DNA of 64,000 bases from Rhodothermales bacterium (GTDB lineage: Bacteria > Bacteroidota > Rhodothermia > Rhodothermales > VXPQ01), in the NCBI GenBank assembly GCA_951812335.1, contig OX638293.1, positions 1,160,731 through 1,224,730 of the forward strand, written 5' to 3'. A model generated the notes under the pieces. It saw only the letters and a program-made list of their open reading frames with translations, did not search any database and had not been told where the DNA came from. Shown one piece after another: positions 57,009 to 64,000 of this stretch. Made by a program: the position numbers and the translations under genes. Position 1 is the first letter of the stretch, and every line of letters begins with the position of its first letter.

Positions 57009-58169
57009 ATGACCGATTACTACGAAATACTCGGCGTCGATCGCAACGCGGATGCGGATACGCTGAAGCGCGCCTTCCGGGACCGGGCGCTCAAGTACCA
57101 TCCCGACCGGAATCCCGACAATCCGGAGGCCGAGCAGAAGTTCAAAGAGGTAGCCCAGGCTTACGAAGTATTGTCCGATTCGAAAAAACGCGGGCAATAC
57201 GACCGCTTCGGCCATGCGGGCGTACGTGGAAACGGCGGCGCCGGCGCTACCGGTTTTCATGACGTCAACGACATATTCAGCGCGTTCAGCGACATTTTCG
57301 GCGGATCGGGGACGATCTTCGATGAAATGTTCACCGGGCAGCGCCGCGAGCAGAGGCGGCACAGTGGGCGCGCAGGCAGCGATCTGCGCATCACCCTTCC
57401 CCTTACGCTCGAGGACATCAGTGAGGGCATCGAGAAAAAAATCAAGGTGCGCAAGTTTCTTGCTTGCGAACCGTGCAGCGGAACAGGCGCCGAAGCGGGC
57501 GAGGCCGGCTATGCCACCTGCTCCACATGTAAAGGTGCAGGGGAGATCCGGCAGGTCTCCCGCTCTGTGTTCGGACAGTTCATAAATGTCCAGGCCTGTC
57601 CGGCCTGTCGGGGCGAAGGACGGGTTGTACGTACTCCCTGTACGGCGTGTAGCGGCGAGGGCCGCCTCAAAGGCGAGGAAACCATTTCCATCAATGTGCC
57701 GCAGGGCGTGCTTGAAGGAAATTACCTGACGTTGCGCGGGGTGGGCAATGCAGGAATACGAGGAGGTCCGGCGGGCGCATTGCGCGTCGAAATCAAGGAG
57801 ACGCCCCACGAGCATTTCACGCGAGACGGGTTGGATCTTTTCCATGATCTCTACATCTCGTTTCCCGAGGCGGCTCTCGGCGCCACGGTGGATGTTCCCA
57901 CGTTGACGGGGCGGGCTCGCCTTCAGGTGGATCCTGGCATCCAGTCGGGCAGGATCCTGCGCATGCGGGGGAAAGGGCTGCCCGAATTGCAGGGTACGCG
58001 GCGCGGCGACGAGATGGTGCGGGTGCATGTATGGACGCCGCAACGCCTCACGGACCAGGAGCGGGCCATGTTGGACGGGCTGCGCGGCGCAGAATCGTTC
58101 CGCCCCCGGCCCGAAAGGGACGATCGGCATAAATCCTTCTTCAGCAAGGTCAAGGACGTCTTTACGTGA
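57009..58169 (+). CDS. dnaJ: Molecular chaperone DnaJ
   Basis: J domain DYYEILGV......[14 protein letters not shown], a G/F-rich linker and four CxxCxGxG zinc-finger repeats. Confidence 0.95.
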   Translation: MTDYYEILGVDRNADADTLKRAFRDRALKYHPDRNPDNPEAEQKFKEVAQAYEVLSDSKKRGQYDRFGHAGVRGNGGAGATGFHDVNDIFSAFSDIFGGSGTIFDEMFTGQRREQRRHSGRAGSDLRITLPLTLEDISEGIEKKIKVRKFLACEPCSGTGAEAGEAGYATCSTCKGAGEIRQVSRSVFGQFINVQACPACRGEGRVVRTPCTACSGEGRLKGEETISINVPQGVLEGNYLTLRGVGNAGIRGGPAGALRVEIKETPHEHFTRDGLDLFHDLYISFPEAALGATVDVPTLTGRARLQVDPGIQSGRILRMRGKGLPELQGTRRGDEMVRVHVWTPQRLTDQERAMLDGLRGAESFRPRPERDDRHKSFFSKVKDVFT

Positions 58170-58220
58170 TGACAGGTCAGGTTGATCGGAGCGATTGGAC
58201 AGATTATCACCAGGGAGTGA

Positions 58221-58309
58221 AGCGGGACATGCCAGGAGGGAAGCGGGATGTAATCGGACGGGATGTAACCGGAGCAGAGCGGGACATGAATGGAACACAG
58301 CGGGATATG
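58221..58309 (+). repeat. Five phased 11-mers (AGCGGGAYRTR) at spacings of 21, 15, 21 and 21 nt
   Basis: AGCGGGACATG 58221, AGCGGGATGTA 58242, GACGGGATGTA 58257, AGCGGGACATG 58278, AGCGGGATATG 58299. They lie between the dnaJ stop and the likely flavin-reductase start. Confidence 0.8.
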
Positions 58310-58846
58310 CCCGATGAGGAAGGGGAAGCGCTGCGTCGAGTCATGCGCCAGGTGCCGTCCCCGGTGTCCGTGGTAACGGCGTCCGATGGCAACGGGGAGA
58401 TGCGCGGCATTACGATCGGTTCGTTTACGAGCGCCTCGCTGCAGCCCCCGCTCCTTTCGTTCAATATCAGCCGGGATGCAGGAATATACGATCTTCTGAT
58501 CCGTACCGATCGTTTTGCACTACACGTATTGCACGAAGGTCAGGCGCATCTCTCGGATCGTTTTGCCACGCCGGACATGCCGGGCGCCGAGCAATTCCGC
58601 GCCATTGATTACGAAGTCGATGTCCATGGCGCACCCGTGCTCGCGGAGGCCATGGTGGTGTTTCTTTGTCTTCGCCATGCGGTGTACGACGCCGGCGACC
58701 ATTGCATCGTATTAGGGCTCGTGACGGATATCCGGAAAACCGATTCGGACCGGCGCCCCCTTGTTTATTTCGACCGCTCGTACCGCCGGGTAGGCAAGGC
58801 GGCGCAGCCTGCATCCTTCGATCCTGTCCGTCCGGTCCGGCATTGA
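58307..58846 (+). CDS. Flavin reductase-like (FMN-binding split-barrel) protein
   Basis: From the ATG at 58307 (MPDEEGEALRRVMRQVPSPVSVVTA..) the length (179 aa) and pattern ..G.T..SF.S.SL.PPL..F.. fit the family. The ORF is open back to GTG 58166, which would add a repeat-encoded 47-aa tail. Confidence 0.7.
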   Translation: MPDEEGEALRRVMRQVPSPVSVVTASDGNGEMRGITIGSFTSASLQPPLLSFNISRDAGIYDLLIRTDRFALHVLHEGQAHLSDRFATPDMPGAEQFRAIDYEVDVHGAPVLAEAMVVFLCLRHAVYDAGDHCIVLGLVTDIRKTDSDRRPLVYFDRSYRRVGKAAQPASFDPVRPVRH

Positions 58847-58928
58847 CGCGCAGACGGTACCGGGCGTTGTGCTTCAGCGCCCGTCCCCCATGCCTCCGGT
58901 CACATCCCGCTGCGCTCCTTGAACCCCA

Positions 58929-59906
58929 TTACTCCAAGCCGAATTCTTCGAAAAGACGGACTGCGGCAGCGAGTTCGACATTGCCTCCGCTAACGATTAT
59001 ACCGACGCGTTCGGGGATCGCCGGACGATCTTCCTCGAAAAGCCAGGCCACGGCCAGGGCGCCGGTGGGTTCGACGACAAGATTCATGCGTTGCCACAGA
59101 AAGTGCATCGCGCGCACGATGGAGATCTCCCGGACCGTATACATGGCGTCCACATACGTGCGTACAAGCGGGAACGTCGTTGCGCCGAGCGAGGGGGTCC
59201 GGGCGCCGTCGGCGATCGTATCGGGGTTATGCACCGTATGCAGCGTACCGGTCCGGAAAGAACGGGTCGCATCGTCCGCATTCGCCGGTTCCACGCCGGC
59301 TACGCGGCATGCAGGCTGCAAAGTTTTTGCGGAGATGGCCGACCCCGACAGCAATCCTCCTCCTCCGCAGCTTGCAAGGAGCAGGTCGAGATCGTCGACT
59401 TCCTCCATCAACTCCCGGGCGCTTGTCCCCTGTCCGGCTACAATATGGGGATGATCGTACGGCGGAACGATGGACAGGCCCCGTTCCTCGGCAACTTCTG
59501 CAGCAAGCGCCTCTCTTGTGGTGTGTTCCCGGTCGTACAGGACGATGTCGGCGCCGTAGCCGCGTGTTGCCTCCAGTTTGATCCGGGGCGCATCGGACGG
59601 CATGACGACCGTGATGGGCACGCCGAGCAGGCGACCCGCAAGGGCCAGCGCCTGGGCATGGTTACCCGACGACCAGGTGAGCGCGCCCCGCGCCTTTCCG
59701 TCCGTCGGCAGGAGGGACAGGGCATTGCAGGCGCCGCGGAACTTGAAGGACCCGGTGCGCTGGAATTGTTCGCACTTGAAGAAGAAGCGCGCGCCGAATT
59801 GCTTGTCGAATGTGGAGGACGTATGGACCGGCGTGCGGCGCGCAATGTCTGCAATGCGCTGCGCCGCCGCTTCGATATCCGGATACGTAACGAGGCGTTC
59901 CGACAC
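58929..59906 (-). CDS. Threonine/serine dehydratase (PLP fold-type II; serine-racemase-like)
   Basis: PLP-lysine motif ..E..Q.TGSFKFRGA.N.. and glycine loop GGGGL.SG. 325 aa. Confidence 0.85.
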   Translation of the reverse strand: MSERLVTYPDIEAAAQRIADIARRTPVHTSSTFDKQFGARFFFKCEQFQRTGSFKFRGACNALSLLPTDGKARGALTWSSGNHAQALALAGRLLGVPITVVMPSDAPRIKLEATRGYGADIVLYDREHTTREALAAEVAEERGLSIVPPYDHPHIVAGQGTSARELMEEVDDLDLLLASCGGGGLLSGSAISAKTLQPACRVAGVEPANADDATRSFRTGTLHTVHNPDTIADGARTPSLGATTFPLVRTYVDAMYTVREISIVRAMHFLWQRMNLVVEPTGALAVAWLFEEDRPAIPERVGIIVSGGNVELAAAVRLFEEFGLE

Positions 59907-59984
59907 GGGAAAGGCGCCCGGAAATAGGGAAAGGGCTGAATCGATCCCCGCCGTTACGCTGGTTTTCGCGAGACGTTTCGCCGT

Positions 59985-60314
59985 TCAGGCGTCGTGCGTC
60001 TCCGCTACGGCTTCCTCCTCGTTCTCCTCGATGGATTCGCTTTCCCGCCGTTCTATGACGACATGGATATCGCTGACGAGCGATGCGAAAGCGCCGATGG
60101 CTGCAAGGGTAGGCGCGAGCTTGATGGCCGCCGCGGCGCCTCCGATGCCGAATACCAGCGGGAATTCCATAACGGTTCGGTTGTCTTTTTGCACCAGGAT
60201 GCGCCGTGCGTTTCCTTCCTCGATGACCTCGCGGACCCTGTCAATCAGTTGATTGCCCTTGATCCTGATTTTTTCGAGTGTTTCCCTGGAAAGGTCGTTC
60301 AGATCGTTCTGCAT
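59985..60314 (-). CDS. DUF4342 domain protein
   Basis: The pattern ..G..L...V.E.I.EGN.RRI.V......V.E.PL..G..GA......LAA.GA.A.L.....V..ER matches DUF4342. I chose the ATG at 60314. Confidence 0.65.
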   Translation of the reverse strand: MQNDLNDLSRETLEKIRIKGNQLIDRVREVIEEGNARRILVQKDNRTVMEFPLVFGIGGAAAAIKLAPTLAAIGAFASLVSDIHVVIERRESESIEENEEEAVAETHDA

Positions 60315-60596
60315 GTCGTTGCGTTTGCGATAGTATGAAAAAAACACCCCCTGGTTACATGTCCTATACGTAAGACAATACGGTATGTTACAGTCGCATT
60401 GCGATCTGCATGGCTGCGTCGTTTTCAGGATGCGCTATGCCGTGCCGTGTTCGGCGTTGCCGCAGGCCATATTTTACGGGATGATTTTTCGCAGCGAATA
60501 TACGGTTATGCAGTTGCACCCCCGGAAATATCCCACCGGAAATGTCCCGGTATCCGATCTTACCGGATTCGCAAAATGCCCAGCCCTTTAAACGCC

Positions 60597-61367
60597 ATGA
60601 ACCGGCAAACGCCCGTAGGATCCGCCTCGGAAAGCAAGTTTGCGACACGGATCGCCCGCCTGCATTTCGTATGGTTTATCATCGTGGCGGCGCTTTGGAC
60701 CATTGTTATGGCTGTTGTGCAACTGGTCACGCACCGGGTCTACCCCACGGCGCGTAATTTCAAGCGAAATGGGCGCGTGTGGGGCGGTGTCATCCTCGGT
60801 TTGAGCGGCATCCGGGTACATGTCACGGACCGGGCCGGGATCGACAGGGACGCCCCAACCGTATTTATAAGCAATCATCAGAATTTGCTGGATATTCTTG
60901 CATTGAGCGCAGCCCTTCCATATTCCTTCGGGTTTCTTGCCAAGACGGAATTGGCCCGGGTGCCCTTTTTGGGTTTCGCCATACGAAACTCGGCGTCGGT
61001 TTTTATTGACCGGAGCAATCCGAGGAGCGCCTTGCGGAGCCTGCGTAAAGCCGGGGAACGTATTCGCGGCGGCAATTCGGTCCTCGTGTTCGCCGAGGGA
61101 ACCCGCTCGCACGGGCCGCATATTCAACCGCTTCTCAAGGGCGGGTTTGCCCTGGGGATAGAGGCGAGTGTGCCGATGGCGCCCGTAACCATTGTCGATG
61201 GCTACAAGCTGCTGCACGAAAGCAAGCGGCTCCTGCGCGGCGGCGTGCTGCACATGGTCGTCGGGGAGCCGATTTTCCTCGAAGGGAAGACGCGCAGGGA
61301 CATTCCTGACCTTATGGAGCATGTGCGTGAGCGCCTCGCCGAATCGCTTGCCGCTGCTTCCGAATGA
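60597..61367 (+). CDS. plsC: 1-acyl-sn-glycerol-3-phosphate acyltransferase
   Basis: N-terminal TM segment and acyltransferase motifs SNHQNLLD and FAEGTRS. Start is ATG 60597 or 60576. Confidence 0.85.
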   Translation: MNRQTPVGSASESKFATRIARLHFVWFIIVAALWTIVMAVVQLVTHRVYPTARNFKRNGRVWGGVILGLSGIRVHVTDRAGIDRDAPTVFISNHQNLLDILALSAALPYSFGFLAKTELARVPFLGFAIRNSASVFIDRSNPRSALRSLRKAGERIRGGNSVLVFAEGTRSHGPHIQPLLKGGFALGIEASVPMAPVTIVDGYKLLHESKRLLRGGVLHMVVGEPIFLEGKTRRDIPDLMEHVRERLAESLAAASE

Positions 61368-61397
61368 TATTTCACTTTTTTCCGCTCCGTCCGATAT

Positions 61398-61685
61398 ATG
61401 GCTGTTACCGTAGAACAGGTACGATACATTGCTTCGCTTGCCCGGCTTCGCTTTTCCAAAGAAGAGGAAGTACGGCTTGCCAAAGAAATGAGCGAGGTGC
61501 TCGATTACGTAGCGAAGCTGGAGGAACTCGACACCGACGGCGTTCCGACGATGTCGCATGTACTGGATATGCGTAACGTGTTCCGGGACGACAAGGAGAT
61601 AGCGCGGATCGGGCGCGAGGAGGCGCTCAAGGGAGCCCCCGAGGCGGATGCTTCGTATTTTCGCGTTCCAAAAGTCATCGAATAG
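61398..61685 (+). CDS. gatC: Glutamyl/aspartyl-tRNA amidotransferase subunit C
   Basis: 95 aa. The pattern ..V..IA.LARL.....E.......M..VL.YV..L.E.DT.GV... is typical of GatC. Confidence 0.9.
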   Translation: MAVTVEQVRYIASLARLRFSKEEEVRLAKEMSEVLDYVAKLEELDTDGVPTMSHVLDMRNVFRDDKEIARIGREEALKGAPEADASYFRVPKVIE

Positions 61686-61755
61686 CGTATCCGAAAAGGA
61701 TTTTTTAGGCGAGTACGAACGCTCATTTACATTTATCGAGCAACATATCCGACGT

Positions 61756-64000
61756 ATGGTGCGAGCACGAGGAAGAAAAAAAACCGGTCCGGCGCGAGGC
61801 TCCTCTTCTGCGAACAGCCGGGGCCGGAGCAAGACGGCGCTCCGGGACCGCCTTGACGGGCGCACCCGGCACATCGTGTGTATCGGCGTGCTGTTCGTCG
61901 TTGCATTCGGGTTTTTCGCCTCCGCCGTGTTCTCGGATCGATCCCTGATCGGGGACGATACGGTGCGGTGGCGGGCCATGGCGGAGTACATGCTCGATTA
62001 CGAGGAAGAGACGGGCCGGCAGGCGCTATGGGCCCCGAACGCCTTCGGCGGTATGCCCGGATACATGATCGCCTATGCCGAGCAAGTGCCCCAGCTCGAC
62101 GATATTCCGGCGTGGCTCCGGAAAGCGATCTGGCCGGTTTCTCATTTTCTCGTGTTGCTGCTCGGCGCCTATTTTCTTGCCTTCTTTTTGACGAAGGACC
62201 GCCTTGCCGGGGCGCTGGCTGCCGTTGCGTATGGTCTGACCACCTACATGACCTTCATTCTGATCGCAGGGCATAATACACGGTTCATCACCCTGTGCTT
62301 TGCGCCCTGGCTGGTGCTGGCGTTCGTCGCGGCGCTCCGGCGCCCGAGTTTGTTGGCTGCCCTCCTTTTTGCGATCGCGCTGGGTATAAACTTGCGGGGC
62401 GGGCATGTGCAGATTACGTATTACCTAGCGTTTCTGCTGGGCGTCTGGTGGGTGGTCGAGGCTGTGTACGCCGGCATGCGGAAAGACTGGAAGCCGTTTG
62501 GCATGGCCACGGCCTGGCTGGCGCTGGGCGGCGTACTGGGTTTGTTGCTGGTGGCGCAGCCCTATCTGCTCCATTTCGAGTACAAGACCTTTACCATCCG
62601 AGGGGCTGTGGATGCGGCGCTTTCCGGCCTGGATTGGGCCTATGCCATGGGATGGAGCCAAGGCAGGGGAGAACTGGTTACGCTGCTTGCGGCGGATGCG
62701 TACGGCGGCGCCAGTCCGACCTATTGGGGGCCGAAGCCGTTCACGTCAGGGCCGCACTATGTGGGTCCGATCGTGTTGTTGCTGGCGGCGTTTGCGGTGA
62801 GGCAATGGAGAAACCGGGGCGTGCTCGTGCTTTCCCTCATGGCGTTGTTCGCCACGCTGTTTTCGCTGGGATCGCATTTTGCGCTGCTGAATCGCTTCAT
62901 GTACGAGCATTTCCCCCTGTTCAATGCCTTTCGCGCACCCGAGAGCTGGTTGGCGCTTACCGCGTTTGCACTGGCGCTCCTAAGCGCGTTCGGGCTGCAT
63001 GGGCTGGGAAGGGATACAGGTCCCGATGGCGATCCTGCCGCCCGTCGTACGTTCCGGTGGATATTCGGGGGCGTTTCCGGGCTGCTGCTCGTATTCATGC
63101 TCTTACCTGGCGCCTTCTACGATTTCGAACGAGCCGGCGAGGAAGCGCAGGTAACGCAGGCGTTGTTGTCGCAGCAGCCGGATATTTCTCCGAACGATCC
63201 GCGTCTGGCCCCCGCCGTACGCAGCTACCTTGATGAGCAGCACGCTCTCCGGGAAGATACGTTCCGGTCCGAGATGCGGCGGTCGTTGTTCTTTCTGCTG
63301 CTTGCGGGCGGTATGATTCTGCTTTTCCAGATGGGGAAGGCGCCCCGATGGGCGTTGCAGGCCGCCCTTGTTTTGCTTGTAGCGGTGGATTTGTGGGGTG
63401 TCGGCAGGCGGTATTTCAACAAGGACGATCTGGTCCGGGCGAACGCCGTCGAAGAGCAGATCCCCACGTACGACGTGGACAACTACATCCTCGGGCAGCA
63501 GGAAGCCGCCGGCGGTCCGGGGCATTTCCGTGTGCTTTCGCTTGAAGCGGGGAGCCCGTTTCAGCATGCCCGCCCATCCTATCATTACGAATCCGTCGGG
63601 GGATACCATGCTGCCAAACTTCGTCTGGCGCAGGACTATATCGACGAATTGTATGCAGATCCGGTCACGCGTTTGCCGAACGCGAACGCGCTGGATCTGC
63701 TCGGGGTCCGCTACGTGATTTCCCCGTCCCCGCTTCCCGGCCTGGAGGTGGTTCACCAGGGTGAACAGACCGGTCTTTTTGTACTCGAAAACATGGATGT
63801 TCCACCCCGGGCCTGGCTGGTTGGCGAGACGGAGGTGGCGCCCGATCCGCCTGCTGCATGGGCGCGCCTGCGCGATCCGGCGTTCGACCTGCGCCGAACG
63901 GCCCTGCTTTACGAGTCGCTCGCTGTGGACCCGGCCCCTGTGGATTCGGTAAGTATCGCGAATGTCCGCATGCTATCCTGGTCTTTGCACGAGATCGTGC
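61756..64000 (+). CDS. Large polytopic membrane protein, YfhO-like (glycosyltransferase-C-fold type); 3' end outside the window
   Basis: This ORF is not in the supplied track because it has no stop in the window. My own translation from the ATG at 61756 is open for 748 codons: a basic N-terminus, more than 10 hydrophobic segments, then a soluble C-terminal region. The family call is tentative. Confidence 0.6.
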   Translation, partial: MVRARGRKKTGPARGSSSANSRGRSKTALRDRLDGRTRHIVCIGVLFVVAFGFFASAVFSDRSLIGDDTVRWRAMAEYMLDYEEETGRQALWAPNAFGGMPGYMIAYAEQVPQLDDIPAWLRKAIWPVSHFLVLLLGAYFLAFFLTKDRLAGALAAVAYGLTTYMTFILIAGHNTRFITLCFAPWLVLAFVAALRRPSLLAALLFAIALGINLRGGHVQITYYLAFLLGVWWVVEAVYAGMRKDWKPFGMATAWLALGGVLGLLLVAQPYLLHFEYKTFTIRGAVDAALSGLDWAYAMGWSQGRGELVTLLAADAYGGASPTYWGPKPFTSGPHYVGPIVLLLAAFAVRQWRNRGVLVLSLMALFATLFSLGSHFALLNRFMYEHFPLFNAFRAPESWLALTAFALALLSAFGLHGLGRDTGPDGDPAARRTFRWIFGGVSGLLLVFMLLPGAFYDFERAGEEAQVTQALLSQQPDISPNDPRLAPAVRSYLDEQHALREDTFRSEMRRSLFFLLLAGGMILLFQMGKAPRWALQAALVLLVAVDLWGVGRRYFNKDDLVRANAVEEQIPTYDVDNYILGQQEAAGGPGHFRVLSLEAGSPFQHARPSYHYESVGGYHAAKLRLAQDYIDELYADPVTRLPNANALDLLGVRYVISPSPLPGLEVVHQGEQTGLFVLENMDVPPRAWLVGETEVAPDPPAAWARLRDPAFDLRRTALLYESLAVDPAPVDSVSIANVRMLSWSLHEIV

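Noticed and set aside
61776-61783. A8 homopolymer near the 5' end of the YfhO-like gene as a phase-variation slip site
   Set aside because: Equal-length A/T runs occur inside ordinary genes elsewhere (45409-45416 and about 10487-10494). Eight bases is short for slipped-strand switching.
1-64000. Defence island, prophage, integrative element or toxin-antitoxin pairs
   Set aside because: No integrase, transposase, phage structural, restriction-modification, Cas, abortive-infection or TA-like gene pairs were recognisable. The tRNA pair at 37775-37938 is flanked by ordinary metabolic genes with no direct repeat of the tRNA 3' end nearby.

Overview
This is a 64-kb, gene-dense, high-G+C chromosomal segment. 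It looks like core genome of a Rhodothermota/Bacteroidota-type bacterium. That placement is an inference from two proteins ending in T9SS C-terminal sorting domains, a fused E1 alpha/beta dehydrogenase and many lipoprotein-type signal peptides. I can support 49 protein genes and two tRNAs (His-GTG, Glu-TTC). The gene groups are: (1) uronate uptake and isomerisation (TRAP dctM, uxaC); (2) a co-directional block pyrC-ddl-DHH phosphoesterase-pepA-pdxA-ftsE; (3) alr plus a two-component system; (4) an alanine:Na+ symporter next to an NhaC antiporter; (5) a minus-strand operon of an aldolase/SDR fusion plus the two halves of a Tm-1-like protein; (6) a sugar oxidation and ABC-uptake cluster (PhyH, Gfo/Idh/MocA, PQQ dehydrogenase, rbs-like ABC genes); (7) gpmI, nth, sppA, grpE-dnaJ, plsC, gatC and a YfhO-type membrane protein that runs off the 3' edge and is missing from the ORF track. 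I found no CRISPR array, transposase, integrase, prophage or recognisable defence genes, so most of the window is ordinary housekeeping DNA. The main structure the genes do not explain is a family of about 253-bp multi-hairpin repeats with 16-bp terminal inverted repeats (GGATACTCTGATYRA ... CTTAATCAGAGTATCC). It occurs at 8 intergenic loci as full, internally deleted, half and solo-end copies. All copies point the same way and often sit directly against stop or start codons. Compensatory base changes between copies preserve a 24-bp stem. One half-copy sits where the 5' end of a T9SS cargo gene should be. Smaller unexplained signals are a perfect 28-bp palindrome upstream of the Tm-1-like operon, a 20-bp tandem repeat, five 11-mers phased at 21 bp after dnaJ, a 17% G+C island with nested inverted repeats, a 170-nt pyrimidine-rich tract and an abrupt composition change inside a beta-barrel gene. 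Product calls come from motif and family recognition by eye. No searches were run.
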